From the NCBI GenBank assembly GCA_951406725.2, contig OX597838.1, positions 17,856,001 to 17,920,000 of the forward strand: a DNA stretch of 64,000 nucleotides. Direction: 5' to 3'. The position numbers and the translations under genes are program-made. The stretch comes from Octopus vulgaris (Eukaryota). The stretch's first letter is position 1; every line of letters starts with the position of its first letter. A model generated the notes under the pieces. It worked only from the letters and a program-made list of their open reading frames with translations. It searched no databases and was not told the DNA's origin. Of this stretch, positions 40,368 to 53,317 are shown piece after piece.

Positions 40368-40857
40368 AAGGGTCTTCTTCTATACCCACTCAACCCAGAA
40401 GGGTCTTCCTCTATACCCACCCAACCCAGAAGGGTCTTCTTCTATACCCACCCAACCCAGAAGGGTCTTCTTCTATACCCACCCAACCCAGAAGGGTCTT
40501 CTTCTATACCCACCCAACCCAGAAGGGTCTTCTTCTATACCCACCCAACCCAGAAGGGTCTTCTTCTATACCTACCCAACCCAGAAGGGTCTTCTTCTAT
40601 ACCCACCCAACCCAGAAGGGTCTTCTATACCCACCCAACCCAGAAGGGTCTTCTATACCCACCCAACCCAGAAGGGTCTTCTATACCCACCCAAACCAGA
40701 AGGGTCTTCTTCTATACCCACCCAACCCAGAAGGGTCTTCTTCTATACCCACCCAACCTAGAAGGGTCTTCTTCTATACCCACCCAACCCAGAAGGGTCT
40801 TCTTCTATACCCACCCAACCCAGAAGGGTCTTCTTCTATACCCACCCAACCCAGAAG
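40368..40857. repeat. 31-bp minisatellite, about 16 units
   Basis: (AGGGTCTTCTTCTATACCCACCCAACCCAGA)n, with some 28-bp units. Confidence 0.95.
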
Positions 40858-41519
40858 ACCAACATTTTGTGAGTGGATTTGGAAGGTGAAAACTATGTGG
40901 AAGCCCATGTATGCATATATATGTGTCTGCGTTTGTGTGCAAGTGTGTGTGTGTGTATGTGTGTGTGTGTGTCTTTGTTCCTACCGCTGCATGACAACTG
41001 GTTGAGCAGTTCAACAAAAGAGGCCAATAGAAAAAGTAATACGCTTTAAAAAGAAAAAAAGTAAGTACTGGTGTCGATTTGTTCTATTAAACACTTCAAG
41101 GCGGTGCCCCAGCATGGCCGCAGTCAAATGACTGAAGCAAGTAGAAGATGAAAGATAAAAAATATGGTTGAAGAAAAATACTTTAAAGAAACCTTCTGCA
41201 AATTAAATGCCAAAACTGTAGGAGTTCATATATGTAATTTAGGGAGTTTGAAAAATTACCTGAAATTATCTTGACAATTTATAAACAAAAACTTCCTCTA
41301 AAAGTACTCAAAACAAGCAAGGGAGATAAATACAAAAACATCACTATTTTCTAACAACTGATCATACTGGAGTTATCTGCCTTAATTGTTGCTTTTGAGA
41401 TGTTAAACATCACAAGAGGCAAGTTTTGTTTCCTGGATGTATACATAATTTAAGTTTTACAATTCACTGTATTACATGTATAAGATCTTTCAGTATTTAT
41501 GATGTTCATGGCTTATTAG

Positions 41520-41835
41520 GCTCAATAAAGTGTCATCCAACCGAAATGCAAAGATATGGGAAACTACTACCTGTGTCATCCCTTGTGAAAGGTAGGAGAG
41601 TCCAGTTTGCTGGACATTGTTGTAGAGCTGAAAACGAGGCAATCTCTACTCTTCTCCTCTGGAAGCCATCTACTCGCAATACCAGAGGGCACACACTCTC
41701 CTACCCTGATGTAATCTCCAGGGATACAGGCATCCAGCAACAGGACCTCCGTAATGCTATGATGGACCATGAAGTCTGGCGTAGCATGGTAAATTCGATT
41801 GTCTCGACCACGGTCGAACAATGAATGAATGAAAG
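41520..41835 (+). mobile_element. RTE-group LINE 3' remnant
   Basis: RRVQFAGHCCR...LLLWKP...TLSYPDVISRDTG...AMMDHEVWR; (TGAA)n tail. Confidence 0.85.
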
Positions 41836-42062
41836 TGGTGAGCAAAATGACTTACAGGTTTTAGCAACTGCCCTTTACTTCCTGACCTCATATTTCACCA
41901 AGATCTACTCATTCTTTTACTTTCCCAGGTTCAATGAAATGAAGCACTACTCAAGTACTGAAGACCAATATCACCAGCTATTCCCTCCACACCCCTGAAT
42001 AAATTTACTGCCTCTGTTTAAGTATTATTATTTATCAGTAGTGATAAATAATAATAATAATA

Positions 42063-42760
42063 ACCAGGCGGTGGCTCTCATGGCTTTTGATCTTAACTGA
42101 TTGAAGTGTTATCATGTACGTTGTTTTGTCTTGGTATAAAAGATGGGCTACAGCAAATATTCTGCACAATACCACAGATTTGCTTGACCTAAACCAGTTG
42201 AGCATGTCCATATGTACATCTCTGATCATGAGCAGAAGTAGTAGGGAAGCATCATAGCCATGTGTTGAGAGGAATCCTTTGGGATCCTTAAATAATATTT
42301 ATTCAGGAACCTTATGAATGGGATGGCTTACTCAACCTGAAGAAAATTCTAACTGGGCCCTTATCCACAGGGTCATGTGCTGTTATCTTGATATAAAATC
42401 ACCATGTCACACACATATGGTTGTGATGTTTAAGTAATCATAATGGGTATATTGGGCTTCATATATTTGTAGGAAGGCGGTGAGCTGGCAGAAACGTTAG
42501 CACGCCGGGCGAAATGCTTAGCCATATTTCGTCCGCCGTTACGTTCTGGGTTCAAATTCCGCCAAGGTCGACTTTGCCTTTCATCCTTTCGGGGTCGATA
42601 AATAAAGTACCAGTTACGCACTGGGGTCGATGTAATCGACTTAATTCCTTTGTCTGTCCTTGTTCGTCCCCTCCATGTTTAGCCCTTTGTGGGCAGTAAA
42701 GAAATATATATTTGTACCCCAGTGTCACTTTGTTGGCATGCACTGATCCCTCACTCAATA
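42063..42760 (+). mobile_element. (TAA)n-targeted non-autonomous retroelement, interrupted by a SINE at 42475-42705
   Basis: Its 3' part is the reverse complement of 31120-31222; both copies sit in (TAA)n. Confidence 0.55.
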
Positions 42761-42787
42761 ATGATGATGATGATGATGATGATGCTC

Positions 42788-42836
<49 letters not shown>

Positions 42837-43009
42837 TGGTTTATAATTCTAGCACAAAGCCATCAATTTTAGGGGGTGAGATATTCGACTAGACTAACCC
42901 CAGTTCTTGACTAGTACTTTATTTTATCAACACTGGGAAAATGTTACATACCAGTCAAGTACCAGAGTTGATACAATCGACTACCCCCTCCCCCAGTGTG
43001 TGTGTGTGT

Positions 43010-43041
<32 letters not shown>

Positions 43042-43174
43042 TATAAACAAACTTTGAAAGCATCAAATGTGGGTGGTATTTTGCAAACAAGAAAGGAAAT
43101 TTCAAACACAGTAAACCTGTAGATATCCAATCTTTATCCGCTGTTATTACAGCTTTACTGTGTTCTTGTCTGTA

Positions 43175-43205
<31 letters not shown>

Positions 43206-43359
43206 TATATATTTTACGTTGTTCAATAATGATACAGTCTATTGTGACAGGAATATTGTGAGGTAGAAAGAAAATATCATGTGGGAGTTATAGTGAATGT
43301 CATGGTATCGTTACCACCATCACTACCACCACCTTCGTCATCAACGTCGTTGTACTTAC

Positions 43360-43467
43360 TTTGTTTCGTACTTGTGATGTTTATGGAAAAGGTTGTTGAT
43401 GAAATGAGGCAATTCTTCAATAATTTTGTCAAAGTCCTGATGCACCTGTGGTATGCACTTTAGGCAC
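43360..43467 (-). CDS. PNPLA2: PNPLA2-like exon
   Basis: tatatttcag|G TGC...ACA AA|gtaagt, 108 nt, phase 2-2. CLKCIPQVHQDFDKIIEELPHFINNLFHKHHKYET; this is the only open frame. Confidence 0.82.
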
Positions 43468-44361
43468 CTGAAATATAAAAAAAAAATACAAATGAATGGT
43501 GGGAGCAACATGACAGCCTCTTGTTCACAAAATTTATATCAACATGGATCACGGTTGAAGGGCTTTTTTTTAGAAGGGGAGAATAGATTGCTCTGACAGT
43601 CTGTCTGTGTATTTCCCTTTGGCATTGTCCTGACATTAAAGCTATATCAGCTGGTATTTGCCTCTGAGTACATGTGTGTATGTGTGTGCATGGGGGAGTG
43701 TGCATGTGCTTCTGCAGGTGTGTGTGTGTATATGTGTGTGTGCTTCTGCAGGTGTGTGCGTGTGTGTGTGTTTAGGCATGCATATGTGTGTGTATCAGTA
43801 TTATTGTGGGTGTAATCTCATGACGACATTTTGAGGCAGCTACTCATGATATGGTGGAAGCACGTGGCTTAGTGGTTAGGGTGTCGGCATCATGATCGTA
43901 AGATTGTGGTTTCGATTCCTGGACCGGATGATGCGTTGTGTTCTTGAGCAAAACACTTCATTTCACATTGCTCCAGTCCACTCAGCTGGCTAAAAATGAG
44001 TACCGCTGCGATGGACTGGCGTACCGCCCAGCTGGGGTACACATATGCCATTGAAACCGGAAAACCAGGCCCATGAGCCTGGCTAGACTTTAAAAGGGTG
44101 CATATGTGGAGGCACACTGGCCCAGCGGTTAGGGCAGCAGACTAAAGGCGGTGCTCAAGCATGGCCGCAGTCAAATGACTGAAACAAGTCAAAGAGTAAA
44201 AGAACCATCCCAAAATTTAACAATAAATAAATGACAGTTTGGGAAAATATCTGGAGATTCCATCAGCATGAAGGAGTCAGACACTGACGGTATCATCTTA
44301 GAAAAACTGCATCGTCAGAGAGGAGAATAATGAGAAAAGTCATGAAATATAGTAGACCTAC

Positions 44362-44497
44362 CTAATAAGGAATGAAAATAAAATATCAGCAGGGATAAGC
44401 CATGGCTTTATCATCATAGAAATGGCTTTGTGGATTTTTCCTTGGCGTAAATATTTTACAAAGCTTTTTTTATTATATATCATGGCTGATTGCAGCA
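44362..44497 (-). CDS. PNPLA2: PNPLA2-like exon (hydrophobic stretch, candidate lipid-droplet-binding region)
   Basis: gtttttcag|TG CTG...ATT AG|gtaggt, 136 nt, phase 1-2. VLQSAMIYNKKSFVKYLRQGKIHKAISMMIKPWLIPADILFSFLIR. Confidence 0.85.
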
Positions 44498-46055
44498 CTG
44501 AAAAACAACAGAAACGATGTTGTATATAATACATGAAACTAAGAATTATGTGTAGCGTTATGTTAAATAAGAAGTTCCGAAATTTAAACAGAACCAAAAC
44601 AAAGGAAGAAGCAGAAATTTCTCACACACGACAGAATGTTGCTCATTCTTATTTCTTTATTGCCCACAAGGGGCTAAACACAGAGGGGACAAACAAGGAC
44701 AGACAAAGGGTTTAAGTCGATTACATCAACTCCAGTATGTAATTTATCGACCCCGAAAGGATGAAAGGCAAAGTCGACCATGACAGAATTTGAACTCAGA
44801 ACGTAATGACAGATGGAATACCTATTTCTTTACTACCCACAAGGGTCTACACACAGTGGGGACAAACAAGGACAGGCAAACGGATAAAGTCGATTACATT
44901 GACCCCAGCGCATAACTGGTGCCTAATTTATCAACCCCGAAAGGATGAAAGGCAAAATCGACCTCGGCGGAATTTGAACTCAGAACGTAATGACAGATGA
45001 AATACCTATTTCTTTACTACCCACAAGGGGCTACACACAGTAGGGACAAACAAGGACAGACAAACAGATAAAGTCAATTACAGCGACCCCAGTATGTAAC
45101 TGGCACCTAATTTATCAACCCTGAAAGGATGAAAGGCAAAGTCAACCTCGGCTGAATTTGAACTCAGAACGTAACGGCAGACGAAATACCGTTTAGCATT
45201 TCGCCTGGCGTGGTAACGTGTCTGCCAGCTCATTGCCTTTCTGGCTCATTCTTGGTCAGTTATTGTCCAAAAGATTCTTACAATTTTATGCCTTTAATGA
45301 TAATATTGTTCCCTTTTGGTGGTATCAGTGGTGAGAAGCTGCTGGAAATAGTGGGAGAATGTTTGAGACAGTGATGAAAAAGGAACATGACACAAATGGG
45401 AATATACAAGCAAATTATTGGAGCATTTGATTGTAAGTTTTTTGGCTCAGGGTTAACCTGGGGCTAAACAACAACATCATCATCAACAACAATGATATAT
45501 AGACTCAAAGTGTATGAAATGAAGGTCTACAACCTGTTTCTGTGTTCACAGTAATTACACACCTGTTTACCTGATAAACATCAACACACCTGACATCCTA
45601 TACACTTCATTGTTTACCTAGTAAACTCGACACAGGTATATCATTTGTATAAGTTATCTTCAGATTGACGCCAATTAGATAACATTGACACGATTCGTTA
45701 ACCTAAACAATCAACAAATACATGTACATTATATACATATGCATATACACACACATACATACATACATACATACATACATACACACACACATACATATAT
45801 ACGAGGTAATGGTGTCATTGAGAACCAAAGGTGTCAGGTAAACCTGAATAAGTGCTATAGACAGACCATAGTTAAATTCCAGGTTCGGTGATTTTGCGAA
45901 TAAGGGGTTCAACGTTGGTCATATGTCAGCGTGTGAATATAAGATTTTTTGCGTAATGAGATAAAAAAACCAAGGCTGTGTAGATATTAGAACATTTATA
46001 GGTAGATGTTCTAATATCTACACAGCCTTGATTTTATCTCATTACGCAAAAAAAA

Positions 46056-46100
<45 letters not shown>

Positions 46101-46104
<4 letters not shown>

Positions 46105-46288
46105 AGAGTTTACGAAAAAAACAAAAGACGAAGACAGGTGGTGTACAAAACAAACAGCTGTATTAGTATAACGCTCAGGAATAGAAAAAGTCTTTTACGT
46201 TTCGAGCCTACGCTCTTCTACAGAAAGGGACACAGAAAAAACAAGGAGAGAAAAAAATGTGTGTAGTGGCTAATGATCTATCATGGCG

Positions 46289-46292
<4 letters not shown>
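46101..46292 (-). mobile_element. Short Penelope-like element with hammerhead-like motif in (TA)n
   Basis: Flanked by (TA)n on both sides; related to 6327-6560 and to about 49850-50025. Confidence 0.55.
46192..46227 (-). ncRNA. Minimal hammerhead-like motif (A6U core variant), same family as 6432-6466
   Basis: CTTT CTGTAGA A GAGC-GTAG-GCTC GAA ACGT A^AAAG. Stem I covaries with the 6432 copy. Confidence 0.62.
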
Positions 46293-46334
<42 letters not shown>

Positions 46335-46338
<4 letters not shown>

Positions 46339-46922
46339 ATACATAAAAGAGGTGCAGCAACATCATAGGAAGATTAGCCGAGAAGATAGCTTTCATATGC
46401 GGCAAATGCACAGGGGCAAAAGACACCACAGATGCTCAGAAAACAGATTCCATCACACTCCAGCGGGAGAAACTAGAAGTAGTTGATAGCTTCCACGACC
46501 TAGGTGACCAAGTTAGTAGTGGACGTGGATGCTCAGAGAGTGTTACCACTAGAATAAGAATAGCCTGGGCAAAGTTTAGAAAGCTTCTACCCCTACTGGT
46601 GACAAAGGTTGTCTCGTTCAGAGTGAAAGGTAGATTGTACGATGCATGTGTGCAAATTGCTTTGCTTCATGGCAATGAAACATGGGCTGTGACTGCGGAG
46701 GACATACATAGCCTCGAAAGAAATGAAGCTAGCATGATCCGCTGGATGTGTAACGTCAGTGTGCACACACAACAGAGTGTAAGTTCCCTGAAGGAAATGT
46801 TGGACATAAGAAGCATTGGATGTGGCATGCAAGAGACACGTTTGTGCTGGTATGGTCATGTACTATGGATGGATGAAGAGAGATGTGTGAAGAATTGTTA
46901 CTCCCAAACAGTCGAAGGAAAT
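46335..46922 (+). mobile_element. RTE LINE RT/thumb remnant
   Basis: LEVVDSF..LG...RIRIAWAKFRKL...VKGRLYDACV...LLHGNETW...MIRWMC...RLCWYGHV. Confidence 0.9.
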
Positions 46923-47096
46923 TTCCATTGTTTGAGAGGAGCGGCTGTGTGGTAAGTAGCTTGCTTCCCAACCACATGGTTTCAGGTTCATTCCCACTGC
47001 GTTGCACCTTGGGCAAGTGTCTTCTACTAAAGCCTCGGGCCGACCAAAGCCTTGTGAGTGGATTTGATAGACAGAAGCTGAAAGAAGGCCGTAGTA

Positions 47097-47140
<44 letters not shown>

Positions 47141-47624
47141 TATATCCCTCTCTCTCTCTTTCGGAGAGGCACAAGCACCTACACGCACACATACACACAC
47201 GGCAGTAACTTCCGCCTACCGAATTCAATCGCAAAGCTTCGGTCAACTCGGGGCTATAGCAGAAGACACCTGCCCAAAGTGCCACGCAGTGGGACTGAAC
47301 CCGAAACCACGTAGCTAGGAAGCAAGCTCCCTAACCACACAGCCATGCCCATGTGTGTATCTGTTTGTGTGTCTGTGTTTGTCCACCCCCGCCACCATCG
47401 CCTGACAAGCAATGCTGGGGTGTTTACGTCCCTGTAACTTAGCAGTTCGGCAAAGGAGACCGATAGAATAAGTACTAGGCTTCCGAAGAATAAGTCCTGG
47501 GGTCGATTTGCTCGACTAAAGGCAGTGCTCCAGCATGGCCACAATGAAATAACTGAAACAAGTAAAAGAGTAAAAGAGTAAAGAGTAAAAGAAAACAAGA
47601 TTCAAGATCTTGTGTTCGTCTTAC

Positions 47625-47837
47625 CTTCAAGGACTTGAGGTGGTAAACTTGTAGAGAGGGCTTCTTTGACTTTGCTCTTACATTCTCCACAGTCGCTGCA
47701 CCCCTCTGTGATACCGTGTTTTATTTCTTTCTCGATATTCGCCCAGTCCCTCTCTGACACTGACATTACACGACCATCTCGACTAGGCGGCTCAATAGTT
47801 GTCGTAATTCGCAGATGACGCGTACAGTTAATTAGAC
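47625..47837 (-). CDS. PNPLA2: PNPLA2-like exon (post-patatin region with Cys cluster)
   Basis: cttatttag|GT CTA...GAA G|gtaaga, 213 nt, phase 1-1. GLINCTRHLRI...EGCSDCGECKSKVKEALSTSLPPQVLE. Confidence 0.88.
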
Positions 47838-48095
47838 CTAAATAAGAAGATTCCAAAATTCCAGATGCTGAACAAGTAACAACATGCACGTATATGTGTG
47901 TGTATGTGTGCGTGTGTGTGTGTGTGTGTGGTGTGTATGTATGTGGTGTGCATGTGTGTGCGGTGTGTCATTATCATCATAGCTTTAATGTCCATTTTTC
48001 CATGCTTGTATGACTCAGGGTTTACTGAGGCAGATTTTCTAAGGCTGGATGCCCTCCCTGTTGCCAAACCTTATTTATTTCCAAGCAAAGTAATA

Positions 48096-48661
48096 TTGGG
48101 TTGTCTGGAAAGTTTGTGCCGATTTTTAAAGGAAAGAAAAAGGTCAATAAATACTTGCCATTACATATTTAATCAACCAAATATAAACCATTTTGTTGCA
48201 CAATGTGTCTCCATCTTTCCTTTGACTTGAAAATACCCTCTTCCCAGAACTGAGGTGGTTTCATGGCAAACAATTCATCAAGATATCTTTTTACGTCATC
48301 CAAGGAATTGAAATTTTTACCATTAAGACTATTCTGCAGAGACCTGAATAAGCGGAAATCTGAAGGAGCAATATCTGGTGAATATGGAAGGTGGGGTAAC
48401 ACATCGCAGCCGAGCTGCAGCAATTTTTGTCTGGTTCCCAAAGCATCAACTGCCGAAAATGAACTTTCTTATATTCCATTTTAAAGGGTTACAGAATTAA
48501 CACAGGTTATAGGAATGTAAATCTTCTTCCACAAAAAGATAGCTTAAACTATGCTCTAAATGGAGGTGTAGTAAAATCCTATTTTATGGACTCAACTATG
48601 TTCTAAAATAAGTCGAAAGGTAAGCTACTATAAATCGGCACAAACTTTCCAGACAATCCAA
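48096..48661 (-). mobile_element. Mariner (DD34D-type) internal-deletion derivative
   Basis: About 28-bp TIRs TTGGGTTGTCTGGAAAGTTTGTGCCGATTT / AAATCGGCACAAACTTTCCAGACAATCCAA with TA TSD. N-terminal MEYKKVHFRQLMLWE is fused to C-terminal LPHLPYSPDIAPSDFRLFRSLQNSLNGKNF. Confidence 0.93.
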
Positions 48662-49029
48662 TATTTCCCCATTAACAGACATGTTTTTGCAGAATATTGG
48701 AAATAAATTACCCTGGGAAGAGGGTATTTTCAAGGTAAAGGAAAAGTGGAGACACATTGTGCAGTCAAATGGTTCATATTTGGTTGATTAAAATGTAATG
48801 GCAAGTATTTATTGACCTTTTTCTTTCCTTTAAAAATCGGCACGAACTTCCCGGACAACCCAATATTACTTTTCTTGGAAATAAATAAGGTTTGGCAACA
48901 GGGAGGGCATCCAGCCTTAGAAAATTTGCCTCAGTAAACTCTGAGTCATACAAGCATGGAAAAATGAACATTAAAGCTATGATGATAATGACACACCGCA
49001 CACACATGCACACCACACACACTGTATGA

Positions 49030-49185
49030 CAGCGAGACACATTCACAAATTTTCAGTGTATTTCAACCAGAAAAATGTTCACTTAAAGAGAATAACAAGC
49101 TACATAATGCAAAATTTTTACTTTTAAAAAATTCCAATTCTAAAGGGTCGAAACAAACCTGAGCAATGCCGGGCGATACTGCTAG
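49030..49185 (+). mobile_element. Helitron 3' fragment
   Basis: Ends ...GAGCAATGCCGGGCGATACTGCTAG|t; the 5' boundary is uncertain. Confidence 0.65.
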
Positions 49186-49219
49186 TAATATATCAAGGTG
49201 AGGAAGTTTAAACATTTAC

Positions 49220-49487
49220 CGTTGTTCTGTAAATAACGGAGTGCATCATCATAACCCTGTTTGCAGATATCACTGAGTTTCTGAGCATTAGGTGGGAACA
49301 GTGCTATGGATATACGTGAGAGATTCTCCGATGTGAACTGTACGCTGCTGTTGCATACATTCAGATGGATGAAGTTTGCAGAATTGTCAAGTGGGCAGAT
49401 ATCAATTTCTCCAGAGAATGGTGACACCGTGATTGTGGGTTCATCAAAGATAGGTTGGTTGTCAGACAGACCTCCATCCCAGTAGTA
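49220..49487 (-). CDS. PNPLA2: PNPLA2-like exon with catalytic DGG motif
   Basis: gacaacag|TAC...AAC G|gtaaat, 268 nt. YYWDGGLSDNQPIFDEPTITVSPFSGEIDICPLD...ALFPP...ICKQGYDDALRYLQNN. Confidence 0.96.
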
Positions 49488-49949
49488 CTGTTGTCAAAGA
49501 GAAATCCGGGAATCATTGTGATATCCAACACAAACCAATTAATACAAAATGATATATTACACCTCACCCCACCACCACCACACACACACTAGCACTGACC
49601 ACTTCCCAGCACTTACACCACACACCATCATCTATACACCCACACACCATCATCCACACACCTAAAACACAACCTTCAATAGCGTCACCACACATACCAC
49701 TATATGAGCAGCACACACACACACACACACCAACACTCACACATGTCAGACTCATTAGCCTCTATTCACACACACACACACACACACGTACACATTCACA
49801 CAAACCATTCTCACATACACACACGTGCACCTTCATTTGGGATCACTAGTACTTTATTATCTCCCTTTCTTTCAACCTCTTCTTTCGAACTTTTTTCTAT
49901 AAATCTACAAGTTTGTTTTCATTCTCTCTCTGTTTATTTTCTCTTATTC

Positions 49950-49985
49950 CTTTCTGTTGAAGAGCATAGGTCCAAAACATAAAAG
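49950..49985 (+). ncRNA. Decayed hammerhead-like copy
   Basis: CTTT CTGTTGA A GAGC ATAG GTCC AAA ACAT A AAAG. GAA->AAA and ACGT->ACAT changes would inactivate it. Confidence 0.5.
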
Positions 49986-51082
49986 ACGTTTTCATTTTCC
50001 TGAGCATCAAACTAACACACCTGCTTATAGGAGTTGTGGAGGCACGTGGCCTAGTGGTTAGAGCAGCGGACTCATGGTCGAGGGATCGCGGGTTCAAATC
50101 TCAGACCGGGTGATATGTGTGTTTATGAGAGAAACACCTAAGCTCCACACAGCTCCGGCAGAAGGTAATGGCAAACTTCTGCTGACTCTTTCACCACAAC
50201 TTTCTCTCACTCCTTCCTCCTGCATCTTGCAGCTCACTCGCGATGGACCTGCATTCCGTCCAGGTGGGGAACCTATATGGCAAGGAAACTGGGAAATCGG
50301 TGCTTATGAGCCAGGTGTAGCTCGAGAAGGAACAAACAGTATATAGAGTTGACATCCATGTGTAACTGCTGTAAGGGAAAGCATAGCAGTCAGTTGCTTT
50401 CTGGCAGTAGGAGGACTACATCCCAAAGCCTGGAATGTCAGGGACAGAGTTTTCCCTAAACACCAAAATGCAGAGGTGAAAGAGTTTAAATGAGAAGTTT
50501 CAGACCCTTGAAGCAACCAACAAAGTTTGAGACCTTATCTCTCCGCCATCATAAAGTTTACTGTGTAAAAGGTTTGATAGATCACATCAACAGCAAGATT
50601 TGTGCATGGTCAAGACACTTTCATTTGATTCAGATTATCTAGATGTACATCAGATATAATAATGCTAAGTTAAAATCTCACTTAAGGTATGTTAAAATCA
50701 TTGAGTAAAAGATTTTTATTGCTGCAGTATATCAAGCTACGAGTTCGAGGTTGCAAAGCATTGGGCAAAAGGTTGCAAAAATACAATCACCTGATCACAA
50801 GGCTACAAAATTACAATCTCATTACTACAAGTTCACAAGGTATGAGGGTATAAAGGTATTGGGTAGTTTGACAGACTCTGATCAGCTCCAGAACTGAGTT
50901 GAGTGAGAGAAAGTTGGGGCGAAAGAGTACAGCAGGGTCACCACCACCCCCTGCCAGAGCCTTGTGGAGCTTTAAGTGTTTTTGTTCAATAAACACACAC
51001 AACGCCTGGTCTTGGAATTGAAACCGTGATCCTCCGACCACAAGGCCACTGCCCCAACCACTGGGCCATTGTGCCTCCACTC

Positions 51083-51113
<31 letters not shown>

Positions 51114-51315
51114 TGGAATGTTTGGAGATGATGTACAGGTATTATATATTAGAAGAAATGAGGTACTCAGAAGATTTAGTTTGATTTGAAAACCCCACTA
51201 GAATGGGAGAAAGCGCTAATGATCTAAGTGATATGATATATATATAAAAAATGTAATATATAAATAAATATCTGTAAATATAAACCATCCGATCTTCTGA
51301 TTACCTCATTTCTTC

Positions 51316-51379
<64 letters not shown>

Positions 51380-52163
51380 AACAGTCTTCTTTCAGTTTCC
51401 ATTGACCATATCCACTCACAAGACTACAGTAGAAAACACTTGCCCAAGGGACCATTTAGGGGGCACTGTACCCGGAACTGTGTGACTAGGAAACAAACTT
51501 CTTACCAAACAACCATGACCGTTCCCATAAAGAAAACAGTACAAAGAAAATTGTAAACGCCATTTTTTTAGCTAATATTCTTTCTTTTTCTCTTTATTTT
51601 CGTCCGTCATTTTATTTTGGTCAATGACCTACAGATCTTTGACAAACCACAAATACTTCACTCTTCCTGTGCCCCATACTCCTGATACAAATTATCACCA
51701 TGACAGTTTCTCACATACACACACACACTGAACTTCAGCACTATTCTCTACCCACGTACTAATACTATAATTAATTTTCTTTATATCACTCATCAAAAAA
51801 AAAACAAACCTTCCTCACCACAAACACATACACACACACACAAACACACACACACACAAATTTTGTCATTTGCGTTCATTGACCTTGGTCTACATACAGA
51901 TATAATTACATTTTATTCTTTTATTTCTTTATATTCTTTTACTCGTTTCAGTTATTTGACTGCAGCCATCCATGCTGGAGCACCACCTTTAGTCGAACAA
52001 ATCTACCCCAGGACTTATTCTTAGTACTTATTCTATCGGTGTCTTTTGCCGAACCGTTAAGTTGCAGGGATGTAAACACACCAACATCGATTGTCAAGGG
52101 ATGGTAGGGAGGACAAACAGAAACACAAATTCATGCATACATACATATATATACACACACATA

Positions 52164-52212
<49 letters not shown>

Positions 52213-53317
52213 CTCTCTCTTTCGGAGAGGCACTGAGCAGCTATACGCACACATACACACACGGCAGTAACTGCCACCTACCGAATTCAATCACGAAGCT
52301 CCGGTTGGCTCAGGGCTATAGCGGAAGACAACTACCCAAAGTGCCACGCCGTGGGACTGAACCCGAAACCATGTAGTTAGAAAGCAAGCTCCCTAACCAC
52401 ACAGCCATGCCCACAGTTTCTGTCAGCCAAATCCACTCACAAGGCTTTGGTTTTCCCAAGGCTATCGTAGAATACACTTGCCCAAGTCACCATGCAGTGG
52501 GACAGAACCCAGAACCTTGTGGTTGGCAAGCAAGCTTCTTACCACACAGCCACTCCAGTGCCTACATTTCTATATTGTTTTAAATTACTATTTGATTACT
52601 ACATCTGTTTTACATGTCTTCTTACACTCACTTTATTCATTCATTTTATGTCTATTTTTCCATGCTGGCATGGGTTAGACTAAAATGTCAACGAGGCATT
52701 TATTTTTATATCTAAGCTGATTAATCTACCAAGGGCTTTACTCTCATTCGATGCCACAGCTGCAGACTGGAAGGGGCCCACGTAGCAAGCCCCACATCAA
52801 ATGGCTGGATGTGACTGGGGAAGATCTCCAAGAAGCTCATCGTCACCTTGGAGGATGTAGAAGGGCTGGCAAAGGACTGCCAGTGATGGAAAGCACTGGT
52901 GGACCTGGGACTTGGTTGGCTCTATGCATGCTGACATCTCTGAGACCACCTACCTGAGATGACCCCCAGCCCCATCAAGCAAGAGCATGAAGCAAGCAAG
53001 CTGGTTGACTTTGCCATTAACCTTTACCTGCTTTCCAACTAATTGAAACCGTGATCCTCCGACCGCGAGTCCGCTGCCCTAACCACTGGGCCATTGCACC
53101 TACTGCTAGCATGGAAGATGGACATTAAATGAAGATGATGATGATGAGTTTGGCTTTTTTACCAACTTCTCCTCTTCTGAGGATCAAATGGAGGAGCTGA
53201 CACATTGAGCCTAACTCTAAGCTAAATTTTTAAAGAAAAATAGCAGCAGCAAGGTAGAGCTGAGACATGCCTTGTGACCCAGTAGTCTTGAGTTCAATTT
53301 TTCTAGCAAGAAATCTG

